Of a DNA stretch of 64,000 nucleotides, positions 36,914-48,243 are shown piece by piece. The notes under the pieces are model-generated. The model was not told the origin of the DNA, searched no databases, and saw only the letters and a list, made by a program, of their open reading frames with translations. The stretch's first letter is position 1, and every line of letters starts with the position of its first letter. Source of the stretch: Candidatus Saccharimonadota bacterium (GTDB lineage: Bacteria; Patescibacteriota; Saccharimonadia; Saccharimonadales; JACDBH01); NCBI GenBank assembly GCA_013694995.1, contig JACDBH010000004.1:60828-124827 (forward strand), in the 5' to 3' direction. A program made the position numbers and the translations under genes.

Positions 36914-37546
36914 ATGAACGCATGGGGGTTGGGACTTGTTATCGGGGCGTTAGGAGCCACGGCGCTGGCCTTTGTCTGGGTAGCGCTTAAACTCGGAAAT
37001 TCTCCGGGCGGCAAGAAAAAAGCCTACAAAGATGGCAAAGAGATGGTCACCGAAGCGGCAGAGGCTGACGTCGAGCATATTTTTAATGAAGAATTCCGCG
37101 AAGAGCTGCGTAACCGGGGACGGCTACATTTTGAAAAAATCATTGGCGAGAATGCCATGTTCTTGCAACAAGACTTGCGGCTAACGACTTCGCAGATTAA
37201 TGAATACATGAAGCAGGAGATTACCAAAACCCTGAATGAGGAGTTTGCCAAGTACGAGCAGTCAATAGATGACGCTAAGCGTTTGGCCGTCGAATCTATC
37301 CAGAAGACACAGGTTGCACTCGAACAAGAGCGACAAGTCTTGCACGAAAAGTTGGAAGGCGAAGTTAATAATGAGCGCGATCGCCTTATCAAACGTTTTG
37401 AAGAAAACATGGGCGAAATTGTGAATCATTACGTACTGGATGCCATCGGCAACGAAATTGATCTGAGTGACCAGCTTGAGTACATCTTAGGCGAACTCCA
37501 GGCAAACAAGAACGTAATGCTGGAGGACATCCGGAGTGGCGCCTAA
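36914..37546 (+). CDS. atpF: ATP synthase F0 b-subunit-like (N-terminal TM plus long charged helix)
   Basis: SD AGGTGGG. TM LGLVIGALGATALAFVWVAL followed by a ~180-aa coiled-coil-like region. Sits at the b position of the operon. Confidence 0.5.
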   Translation: MNAWGLGLVIGALGATALAFVWVALKLGNSPGGKKKAYKDGKEMVTEAAEADVEHIFNEEFREELRNRGRLHFEKIIGENAMFLQQDLRLTTSQINEYMKQEITKTLNEEFAKYEQSIDDAKRLAVESIQKTQVALEQERQVLHEKLEGEVNNERDRLIKRFEENMGEIVNHYVLDAIGNEIDLSDQLEYILGELQANKNVMLEDIRSGA

Positions 37547-38126
37547 AGCACCCCTACAGGAACCCCAGCCTCAGCCCGGCACGCCACCACCGGCGGCTGC
37601 AGTTCCTAGTGTACCGCAGCAACCCGTACCTGCCGCAGCGCCGGCTGCTAGCGATAATTTGGTACTACCTCTTAGTGTTGTTTCCAGGAGTGATATTGCC
37701 CGCAGCCTACGCGAAGTTCTTACAATCGATGATTTTTTTCATCAAGCAACTATCCGAGGCAGCAAAGAATTAACATTGCCCCGCCAAAGCCAAGTACTCG
37801 AAAGTTTAGCCAGCGCCAATCAACTCAATCTCATACATGCTGAAGACCGCCAGAAACTCGAGAAGTTCCTAACTCGGCTAAAGACTAGGGCGCCAGTTGT
37901 ACATATGAGCTTCGCTTCGGATCCTAACGGTGATTTTGTTATGAAACTTGTGGAGTGGTTTCGGCGGGAAATTCATCCCCATACTGTGCTGCATATCGGG
38001 CTGCAGCCGGCTTTGGCCGCAGGCTGCGTTGTTCGTACCACCAACAAAGTTTTTGATTTTAGCTTCCGAAAGCGTTTCGAGAAAAGCAAAGAGAAGCTGA
38101 TTGCAGCCCTAGAGGCCAGCGTATGA
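37536..38126 (+). CDS. atpH: ATP synthase delta (OSCP)-like subunit
   Basis: C-terminal LAAGCVVRTTNKVFDFSFRKRFEKSKEKL matches the delta motif (GGlivrvGdkviDgSvr.rL..L). Pro-rich N-terminus. Overlaps b by 11 nt and alpha by 4 nt. Confidence 0.5.
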   Translation: MAPKAPLQEPQPQPGTPPPAAAVPSVPQQPVPAAAPAASDNLVLPLSVVSRSDIARSLREVLTIDDFFHQATIRGSKELTLPRQSQVLESLASANQLNLIHAEDRQKLEKFLTRLKTRAPVVHMSFASDPNGDFVMKLVEWFRREIHPHTVLHIGLQPALAAGCVVRTTNKVFDFSFRKRFEKSKEKLIAALEASV

Positions 38127-39867
38127 GCTCGTCGAAGGAGGGAGTTAGCCTCCATTTTCAAAAATTAATTGAGCAGGGCAACCCAGTCGGTGAGGTCATT
38201 GGTGTAAATAAGTTCATTGTCTCGGTTAAAGGTCTTCATCCTGCTAATGCCCACGCCCTAGTTATGTTCGAGGATGGCAGCAAAGGATTCATAGAGCATG
38301 TGTTGGCCGATTCGGTCCTAATACTGCATTTGGGTACCGAAATGCTCAAAATCGGCATGGTAGCCGTTACACAACACGATAAACTGGTAACCAAAGTCGG
38401 CAAGGATCTCGTTGGCCGTGTGATTAACGTATTGGGAGAGCCACTGGACGGCAAGGGGCCAATAGCTCCTGATTCGGTTTGGCCGGTCTTTAACTCAGCG
38501 CCGCCGATTTACGAACGTGAACTGCTTGATTTGCAACTGGAAACGGGCGTGACGTCTGTTGACGGTTTATTCCCTATTGTCCGCGGGCAGCGCCTGGCAA
38601 TTTTGGGCGATAACAAGTCAGGCAAGACAACCCTTGCCACCCAGCTGACCATCAATCAGAAAAACACTGATATCAAAGTCGTTTACGTTCTGATTGGCAA
38701 GCGAAGAGCCGATATCGACGAGCTGCTGACTCGGCTCAACGAGACCGATTCACTCAAGAATGCAGTTGTTATTGTCTCAACGTTGTTCGAATCACTGATT
38801 ATGACTTATCTTGCGCCTTATGTCGGCTGCGCTATAGCTGAGTACTTTTGGCAAGCCTGCGACCAAGACACAATGATAGTCTATGACGATCTAACCTCCC
38901 ATGCCCAGGCTTATAGGGAAGTTGCACTGTTAAGTAATATTAGCCCTGGCCGCGACTCTTACCCGGGCGATATGTTTTATGCCCACTCCAGTTTGCTGGA
39001 GCGCGCTGGCAAGCTGATGCGTAATCATAAGACTTTAACTAGCCTGCCGATAGTACTAACGCCGAATAACGACATAACCGCTTACTTACCTACCAACATT
39101 ATGTCTATTACTGACGGCCAGTGGATTATGGATATGGAAGTCTTCTTAGCGGGTCACCGCCCAGCTTTATCAACAGGCCTTAGTGTAACTCGTGTTGGAG
39201 GCGTCGGCCAGAACAAGCGTCAAAAGGGCCATACAGTCGCCACACTTAAGGCTTTGGCTACTTTCCGCCAGGCCGAGGAGTACGCCCACTTCGGTTCGGA
39301 ACTTGCTTTATCTGCTCATAAAGACTTGGCTCGTGGCAAGACGATTTATGAAGTCTTCAGCCAGTCACCCACGGAGACATACAGTTTCATGGAACAACAG
39401 CTTATGCTCGATATAGTCATAAATTTGGATGACACGTCTAATTTAGACGTCAAGAAGATGAAAGAAAACCTGCGGGAGATTGCCAAACAAGTCAAAGATG
39501 ACGGTGATTTCGAAAAATGGCGGGATGAACTGCAAAACAAGAGCATGATCAGCGGTACTCCGATAGCGTCTACTAAACCTCCCGAAGGCGAACTTTCGCA
39601 CGCGGCAGTGGCAGAAGCTAAAAGAACTGAGCCTAAACCAGTTGAGGAACCGCCACTACAGCCTGCCGCCAAGGCGGGTGACGAGTTTAAGCCAACAGAA
39701 TCGACTAAGCCTATCGAGGGTGAGGTTCCTCAAGCTGAACCTGCCAAAGAAACTGTTCACGAAGAGCCGGTAGAAGCAGCGACCCAGCAGGAAGCCGAGC
39801 TTATTCATATAGACAAAGAGGGCACCGTCCATAAGCAAGAAGAAAAAGAAACTGAAGAGGTGGAGAA

Positions 39868-39871
<4 letters not shown>
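38123..39871 (+). CDS. atpA: ATP synthase F1 alpha subunit with ~130-aa Glu/Lys/Pro-rich C-terminal extension
   Basis: GQRLAILGDNKSGKTTLA (P-loop), LAPYVGCAIAEYF, YDDLTSHAQAYREVALL, PGRDSYPGDMFYAHSSLLERAGKL all align to F1-alpha. Residues ~450-582 are low-complexity and absent from typical alpha. Confidence 0.85.
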
Positions 39872-42070
<2,199 letters not shown>

Positions 42071-42112
42071 TGCAAAATTTGCAGGGATCAGCTACATTAA
42101 AAGGAAATATGT

Positions 42113-42445
42113 ATGGCGTTTGGTAAAAAGAAGGCAGCTGTTGCGCCCAAAGAAGAGGCTAAGCCACAAAAAAAAGAGGAACTCAAGGACGAAAAGGGCA
42201 AGCCGCTGATGCACGTCAAAGTTTACGCGCCATTTAAAAATTATTTTGATGAGCCGGCCTATAGCATTAGCGCCGAGAACCATACGGGCCCGTTTGATAT
42301 TTTACCGCGACATCATAATTTTATGACCTTAATGAGCGCCTGTGAGATGAAAATTGTCGCACCAACAGGTGACAAAACGATTCGCATCACCCGGGCGGTC
42401 ATGCATGTCAAGGCCGATCAAGTTGTAGTTTTTCTTGACGTGTAA
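42113..42445 (+). CDS. atpC: ATP synthase F1 epsilon-like subunit (beta-sandwich domain only) with Lys-rich N-terminal extension
   Basis: GPFDILPRHHNFMTL resembles the epsilon G.fGILPGH.P motif. No C-terminal helical hairpin. The 32-aa K/E-rich N-extension precedes an internal Met at 42209. Confidence 0.55.
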   Translation: MAFGKKKAAVAPKEEAKPQKKEELKDEKGKPLMHVKVYAPFKNYFDEPAYSISAENHTGPFDILPRHHNFMTLMSACEMKIVAPTGDKTIRITRAVMHVKADQVVVFLDV

Positions 42446-42697
42446 GTAGGCGTATACTATTGCTTAAATGGCAAATATTTACCCTAGTATCAAGCTATCA
42501 TCTATTCATGAAGACATAACAACTCGTCCGGTGGATACAGGTCTCAATTGAGTGTTGCGCGTTGGTGGAGGAGTAACTACTTGTGTACTTCAAGTAAATT
42601 ATGAAGATCCACAGGAAACTGTCGATGCACTAATTGCTCTAAGGCAAGCAAGAAAAGTTGTTCAGTTCCCATTCGATATAGCCGAAGGACTTGAAGA

Positions 42698-43825
42698 TTA
42701 GTTTATGACTAGGTAGTTGAAACGGCAGAGAGTGCCGGCTGGTGGCGCAGTTGAGGATGCTATCGAAAAGGCCGTTGCACTTATGTTCGTAACATAATAA
42801 GCAATCGCTGAGCACCCTGTACCGTTTGGAGTTAGAACCGCATGAGGGTTAGAGGTTGTATAGGCGGTACTAAAAGTAATGGTTGCCAATGTTCCCGTGC
42901 CGGTCCCCCCGCCAGTATTTATAGTCGCCGTACCGGCCGTGTCGCTGCCGCTGATGGAAGCGGTTGCCCCACCGCCGGCTGCGCCACCGACAATAATACT
43001 GGGTGTAGTACCACTGATATTAATGCGGTTTAATGTTATTTGATCAAAATTAATACCTTCAGCAGATACGATGCCCTTAACATTTAAATTACCATTAATG
43101 GTGGCTGCACCGCCGATATCAAGCTTGCCCCCGCCATTGATATCACCAGCTACAGTAAGGTTTTCTCCTAATGTGGTCCTCCCTACTACATCTAGGAAGC
43201 CGCCGACCGCCATATTGCCCGCGGCCTGGATGTCATTCGTAGTTAGGGAACTAAAACTACCTGAACCACTTATACTTATGGACGGGACACTTAAGACACC
43301 TCCGACTCGAAGTGCACCGGCAATATCTAGCGTGTCGCGCAAAACAACTTTACCAGTAATGACTGCATTAGACTCTATCGTAAGTATCTGTTTTGGATCA
43401 CCGACTATTGCATCCGAAGTTTTTAAAATCTCTAAATCTTCTTCGGTTAGTTCTGATGTCGCAAGTTTAACTTCGCTTTCTTTCTTATTCATATAATAAG
43501 TAACGACAAAAACCGCGCCGGAGGCAATAATCAGCAACAAGAAAAGCAGCAGGTATACATTAAAAGCACCAACAAAACGTTTAGCACCGGTGGCTCTAGG
43601 CCTAGACACGGCTTTTGGAGCCGAGGCTTCGCCGGTTGATTCGTCTGCCATCGCATCAACTGAGGATTTTTTCTGGGAGGGTTCTAAAGACTCCGACTCC
43701 TGGTTGACTTGCGCCATAAGCTCCTCAGGAGTTTTATCCGATTTTTGGTTTACCGAAGGCGTTAACCCTGCATCGTCCTCAGTAGTACCGGCCGGAACCT
43801 CGGTTGTTTTGTCTTTATCTTCCAT
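42698..43825 (-). CDS. Membrane-anchored beta-helical repeat protein (bactofilin/polymer-forming-like Gly-rich repeats)
   Basis: Acidic N-terminus, TM VYLLLFLLLIIASGAVFVVTYYM, then ~200 aa of short repeats such as GxLxVxGxxTxxG (LDVVGRTTLGENLTVAGDINGGGKLDIGGAATINGNLNVKG...). Confidence 0.5.
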   Translation of the reverse strand: MEDKDKTTEVPAGTTEDDAGLTPSVNQKSDKTPEELMAQVNQESESLEPSQKKSSVDAMADESTGEASAPKAVSRPRATGAKRFVGAFNVYLLLFLLLIIASGAVFVVTYYMNKKESEVKLATSELTEEDLEILKTSDAIVGDPKQILTIESNAVITGKVVLRDTLDIAGALRVGGVLSVPSISISGSGSFSSLTTNDIQAAGNMAVGGFLDVVGRTTLGENLTVAGDINGGGKLDIGGAATINGNLNVKGIVSAEGINFDQITLNRINISGTTPSIIVGGAAGGGATASISGSDTAGTATINTGGGTGTGTLATITFSTAYTTSNPHAVLTPNGTGCSAIAYYVTNISATAFSIASSTAPPAGTLCRFNYLVIN

Positions 43826-43913
43826 AATATATCGCTTAACCCTAATGATACTACAATCTGTATCAAATCATAAGCAGGTTGAAGGTTAGAGCGAATCATG
43901 GCAGAATAGAACC

Positions 43914-44657
43914 ATGTATTCTCGCGTTCTTCGAGCAGGGATGATGCTCGCCTTGGCAATTCTTATACTGCCGGTCATCGCACACGCCCAATATACTTCG
44001 CCAAGCTATGAAATAAACGAGATTTTTATCGGTGGTGGCGGCGAACTGGAGGCCTGTTCTAGTAGTTTCTGTTCACGCCAGTCTATAGGCGAAACTGCCG
44101 TTGGTGCCACTGGAAGCGGCAACTTTAGCGCCCAGGCTGGATTTAATACAACTGACGTAGAGGTATTAGCCGTATCCGTTAGTAACGGGAATATAGATCT
44201 CGGGGTACTCAATACCTCGGGAACTGCCGCTGCTAGTGCTAATTTCAGCATCAAGAACTATTTAACTAACGGTTACGTGGTCAAAATTTATGGGGATGCT
44301 CCTACTAATAGGACTGGGCCGGGCACAATTGCCTTAACGGCGCTTAATTCACCCAGCGTGTCTCAAGCCGGTACGGAACAGTTCGGCATTAATCTGGTGG
44401 CTAACGCGACACCAGGCATTGGAGTCAACCCCCAGCAAATTCCTAATGATTCGCCGGCATTTTCTTACGGGCAAGCAGCGGCAGGCTATAATACAGCCGA
44501 TTATTTCAAATATGTAAATGGTGATACGGTTGCGCTAAGCAACAGCAGTACTGGTCAAACAGACTTTACTGTATCAATTATAGCCAATATTGCTTCTAGC
44601 ACACGAGGCGGCCAATATCGGACGACGTTGGTAGTGTTGGTTATATCCACTTTCTAA
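43914..44657 (+). CDS. Secreted SCPU/Csu-pilin-like protein, single-domain paralog (candidate major subunit)
   Basis: Signal peptide ...LPVIAHA|QY. Cys pair CSSSFC near the N-terminus. C-terminus GGQYRTTLVVLVISTF compares with the CsuA/B terminus GDYKDTLLVTVNF as I recall it. The shared segment TEQFGINLVAN also occurs in the next two genes. Confidence 0.5.
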   Translation: MYSRVLRAGMMLALAILILPVIAHAQYTSPSYEINEIFIGGGGELEACSSSFCSRQSIGETAVGATGSGNFSAQAGFNTTDVEVLAVSVSNGNIDLGVLNTSGTAAASANFSIKNYLTNGYVVKIYGDAPTNRTGPGTIALTALNSPSVSQAGTEQFGINLVANATPGIGVNPQQIPNDSPAFSYGQAAAGYNTADYFKYVNGDTVALSNSSTGQTDFTVSIIANIASSTRGGQYRTTLVVLVISTF

Positions 44658-44760
44658 AGCTGTGGATAACTAAGTAATAAGCTATTGCATTGACATAAGG
44701 GTTTTGCTAGAGTAGGGTCAGTTAACAACTAAAATAAAAATATTATAGAAGGAGAAATGC

Positions 44761-45984
44761 ATGAGCGATTATGCAATTTCGCTGAAGCGTAGCAGTCTGC
44801 TGTTGGCCGCACTAGCCTTTACGGCTGTGCTTACCATTGCGAACCTCAACGTCTTTGGCGTCGGTAAAGTAGAAGCAGGTCAGTTCCAGAGCAGGAAAGT
44901 TGTACTCAGCAGCTCCTTAGCCGGAACAGAAACTGGGGACAACGTAGCTGGTAGCGCCACAAACGGTTCGGCTGCAGTCCATACATTCACGTTCACAACG
45001 CCAACAGGCAGCTCAACGACAATTGACGCGTTTGAGTTTACTTATTGTTTAGAAGCAATAGGAACATGTACGGCTCCTCCGGGGCTTAATGCAGACACGG
45101 CCGTACTAGTGAGTGCGACGGACGACGGTGGTGCATTTACGACAGTATTTGCGCTTGATGCAACCCAAACGACAGTAAGTCGTATTGGTATTGACGTTAA
45201 TGCAGGTGCTACAAACACTATTACCGCCGCAAGCGTTATAGTCATTCAATTTTCAACAATTGTTAACCCGTCTATTAATGACGATATATATGTTCGCATG
45301 GTTAGCTATTCGGTTGAAAACTATACAAGTGCAGTTGATGACGGTACGGTTGCATTCTCAATTGTTACACCCATCAACATCACAGCCCGTGTCAAGGAAA
45401 CGCTTGGCTTCTCAACGACTGCTGACACCGCAGGTGGTGTCCCTGCCGAAACTTCGGCCTGTGTACCACTTACAGGCAGTGGTGCCATCGCTCTAGGTGA
45501 TGCCAACAACACCTTGAGTATTGCCCAAGCTTACGATGACACTTCATACTTCCGTGTCTATACCAACGCGGCCAATGGTATAGCAGTCCAATATGCTGGT
45601 ATTACCCTTACTAAAGGTACGGATGATATCAATGCAATTGGCGGCACTGCTGCATCAAGTACTGTAGGTTCCGAACAATTTGGCTTCGGTATATATGCGG
45701 CTAACCCACCAACAGCCAATGTTGACAACGGTGGTTGGGGCGCCGCAGGACGTTTGACACTGAACGCTCAGTACGATGGTGGCGAAGGAACGATTACTAA
45801 CGGTGGTACGGCGACGTTCGCATACGATTCGGCAGCTCCTAACACTCCCAAATCAATTGCCACAGCTGGTTCATATGTTACTTGCGATACCGCAGAGGTC
45901 CGTTACATAGCTAACATCTCACCTCTGACACCCGCTGGTACATACCGAACAACGGTTGTCTACTACGCAGTACCAACGTACTAA
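44761..45984 (+). CDS. Secreted two-domain protein: N-terminal Cys-pair domain plus C-terminal SCPU/Csu-like domain
   Basis: SD AGGAGA. Signal peptide. N-domain (YCLEAIGTCTAPPG) is homologous to the N-domain of the next gene. C-domain contains GSEQFGFGIYAAN and ends AGTYRTTVVYYAVPTY. Confidence 0.5.
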   Translation: MSDYAISLKRSSLLLAALAFTAVLTIANLNVFGVGKVEAGQFQSRKVVLSSSLAGTETGDNVAGSATNGSAAVHTFTFTTPTGSSTTIDAFEFTYCLEAIGTCTAPPGLNADTAVLVSATDDGGAFTTVFALDATQTTVSRIGIDVNAGATNTITAASVIVIQFSTIVNPSINDDIYVRMVSYSVENYTSAVDDGTVAFSIVTPINITARVKETLGFSTTADTAGGVPAETSACVPLTGSGAIALGDANNTLSIAQAYDDTSYFRVYTNAANGIAVQYAGITLTKGTDDINAIGGTAASSTVGSEQFGFGIYAANPPTANVDNGGWGAAGRLTLNAQYDGGEGTITNGGTATFAYDSAAPNTPKSIATAGSYVTCDTAEVRYIANISPLTPAGTYRTTVVYYAVPTY

Positions 45985-45998
45985 TGTAGAATAAGACT

Positions 45999-47063
45999 AT
46001 GAAGATCCGGCCTGCTAAGCATATATATACGCGAGCAGGCCGGTTTCTATTTGCAGCCATGCTGGTATTACTACCAATTGCTACAGTATTAACGGATAAG
46101 ATAAGCGCCTTTGATTATGTCAGGTTGCCTAACCGAAGCCTGACTATAGGGGATACCACGCCAGCGGCTACAACGAGCTACGTATTTAGCTGGCAGTATC
46201 CTACCGCCACGACCTTAGGTTCTATCAAGTTACTTTTATGTACAGACCCCTATGTACTTGATACCTGTACTCTTACGAGTGGTGATTTTTCGGCCGCGAC
46301 CTTAACAGGCCAGAGCGGTGTTACCGGATTTAGTATTTTAAGCCAATCGGCAGGTGAGATTATTCTCAGCCGCGCTCCAAGTGGGGGTTCTAATATTCAG
46401 TCAACATACTCTTTCGCAAATATAGATAATCCAGGCGGATTGCCGGATGTATTCTATGTACGAATCTGGACTTATCCTACAGCAGATGCTACTGGTCCGC
46501 CGAATGAAATATCGAGCGTCGCCACTGCCACGACTGAAGTCATTAACATAACGACTATAGTTCCGCCGATTTTATTCTTTTGCACCGGCCTTACCGTTGA
46601 TAATTATTGCCAAAACGTCGTAGGAAACCAGATAGATTACGGTGACTTATCTTCAACGTCGACAGATTTCGCGACATCGCAGTTTGGCGTTGCTACCAAT
46701 GCTGTCAGTGGATATGTTGTTACTATCAATGGCAACACTATGACGTCTGGAAACAAGGCTATCACTGCCCTAAATGCACCGGCCGCAGCTGCCGTTGGTG
46801 TTGGCCAATTCGGGTTAAATTTGCGGGCAAATACAGCTCCGCCCGTAGGCCAAGATACCACTGGAGCGGGAACTGGTGTAGTTGATGCAAACTATAACAA
46901 TCCTGACCAATACCAGTTTAATGACGGGGATTTGGTAGCTAATGCGGCAACTGGCACACTTTTTAATACATTTACTTCTAGCTACATTGTCAATGTTCCG
47001 CCTGACCAGCCTGCTGGCGTATATAGCACAACAATTGTCTATATTTGCACAGCAAGTTTTTGA
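45999..47063 (+). CDS. Secreted two-domain protein: N-terminal Cys-pair domain plus C-terminal SCPU/Csu-like domain
   Basis: Signal/anchor helix. N-domain LLCTDPYVLDTCTLTSG. C-domain contains FFCTGLTVDNYCQ and GVGQFGLNLRAN, and ends AGVYSTTIVYICTASF. Confidence 0.5.
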   Translation: MKIRPAKHIYTRAGRFLFAAMLVLLPIATVLTDKISAFDYVRLPNRSLTIGDTTPAATTSYVFSWQYPTATTLGSIKLLLCTDPYVLDTCTLTSGDFSAATLTGQSGVTGFSILSQSAGEIILSRAPSGGSNIQSTYSFANIDNPGGLPDVFYVRIWTYPTADATGPPNEISSVATATTEVINITTIVPPILFFCTGLTVDNYCQNVVGNQIDYGDLSSTSTDFATSQFGVATNAVSGYVVTINGNTMTSGNKAITALNAPAAAAVGVGQFGLNLRANTAPPVGQDTTGAGTGVVDANYNNPDQYQFNDGDLVANAATGTLFNTFTSSYIVNVPPDQPAGVYSTTIVYICTASF

Positions 47064-47113
47064 TGTTACACTATTGCTAACTTGCTAATGTTTCGTAAAA
47101 AATAGGGGAGATC

Positions 47114-48160
47114 ATGAAGAAACTTGTCCGAACAATATCCTTACTTGCTGTAACTGCCGGTTTTTTATTACCCCAAATTGGCCAGCTAAATGCTCAGTCC
47201 AATGCGCTTAGTATTACGCCGCGCAAAGACTATACACTAAGAGCAGGTGAAGTTGTAAATGATACGCTGACTATAACCAATACTAACCGCGACTCACCTC
47301 TGCAACTAAGGCTTAGTGTAGTAGATTTTACCGCCCAGGATGAAACTGGTACTCCCCAGTTACTTAGGGGTGAAACGACACAAAAGACTGCTTGGTCGCT
47401 TAGAGACTTCATTGAAATGCCCGAACAAGTGGTGGTTGACGCTGGAGCAACGGTGCAAGTGCCAGTCGTTGTACGTATGGGCACTGAAGTTGGTGCCGGA
47501 AGCTACTATAGTGCGATTGAGTACGCAGCTGTTAATGATATAAGGGACGATCAAGTTAATATTTCGGCCTCTGGCGTTACCCTGATGTTTGTCAAAGTAC
47601 CAGGTCAAGCTCGGGAGCAATTGAATTTCCTACAATTTGGCGCATTCATTCCAGACCCAGGCGGCACAGGAGGAGCATTTACAGGCCTATTCTTTAATGA
47701 TCGTCCCAAAGTCCTCGCTTATAGACTTAAGAATGAAGGTAATATTGCTGAGCAGCCCAAGGCCGTTATTGTCGTAAAAAACTCCGGCGGCAAGGAAATG
47801 TATGTCATCCAAAACGCCAATCCGAAGAGTCAGATTGCCCTCTTGGGCCAGGCTCGCCGGTTCGATGCTTGTATTAGCCCCGAAACAGTTCAGCAAACAA
47901 CAGACAATGGGGTCGAGATTGACGCTGTAATCTGCGGCGATACGAATTTCAAACCAGGCCGCTATACAGCTGAGCTGTCTGTCTTATATGGGGAGAACGG
48001 CAACGAAACACGCGAAATCACTGCCAAAGCAACATTTTGGTATCTTCCTTGGTGGTTTGTCGGCTTAGTAGTAGCGGGAATTGGCCTAGCCGTAGGTGTC
48101 GGCTTCTACATTGTTAGTCGAGTTAAGAATTATCGCGGTCGTAAAACCCGCCGCCGCTAA
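47114..48160 (+). CDS. Membrane-anchored secreted protein with PapD-like (pilus chaperone) N-terminal pattern and C-terminal TM plus basic tail
   Basis: SD GGGGAG. Signal peptide. LSITPRKDYTLRAGEVVNDTLTITNTNRDSPLQLRLSVVDF resembles the PapD-like chaperone N-terminal strand pattern. C-terminal TM WWFVGLVVAGIGLAVGVGFYIV followed by SRVKNYRGRKTRRR. Confidence 0.45.
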   Translation: MKKLVRTISLLAVTAGFLLPQIGQLNAQSNALSITPRKDYTLRAGEVVNDTLTITNTNRDSPLQLRLSVVDFTAQDETGTPQLLRGETTQKTAWSLRDFIEMPEQVVVDAGATVQVPVVVRMGTEVGAGSYYSAIEYAAVNDIRDDQVNISASGVTLMFVKVPGQAREQLNFLQFGAFIPDPGGTGGAFTGLFFNDRPKVLAYRLKNEGNIAEQPKAVIVVKNSGGKEMYVIQNANPKSQIALLGQARRFDACISPETVQQTTDNGVEIDAVICGDTNFKPGRYTAELSVLYGENGNETREITAKATFWYLPWWFVGLVVAGIGLAVGVGFYIVSRVKNYRGRKTRRR

Positions 48161-48243
48161 TATCTAGCAAAAAATAATTTAAGCTGCTCTACACTAACCT
48201 GGTATACAGACATATCAGATGATATGATGGTTATGGTTTCATA

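Noticed and set aside
43914-47063. Type IV pilins or LPXTG (sortase-dependent) pilins for the three secreted paralogs
   Set aside because: There is no class III signal peptide (G/FTLIE), and there is no LPXTG or pilin-motif lysine context. The C-terminal GxY(R/S)TT(V/L)V...F strand fits SCPU/Csu-type subunits instead.
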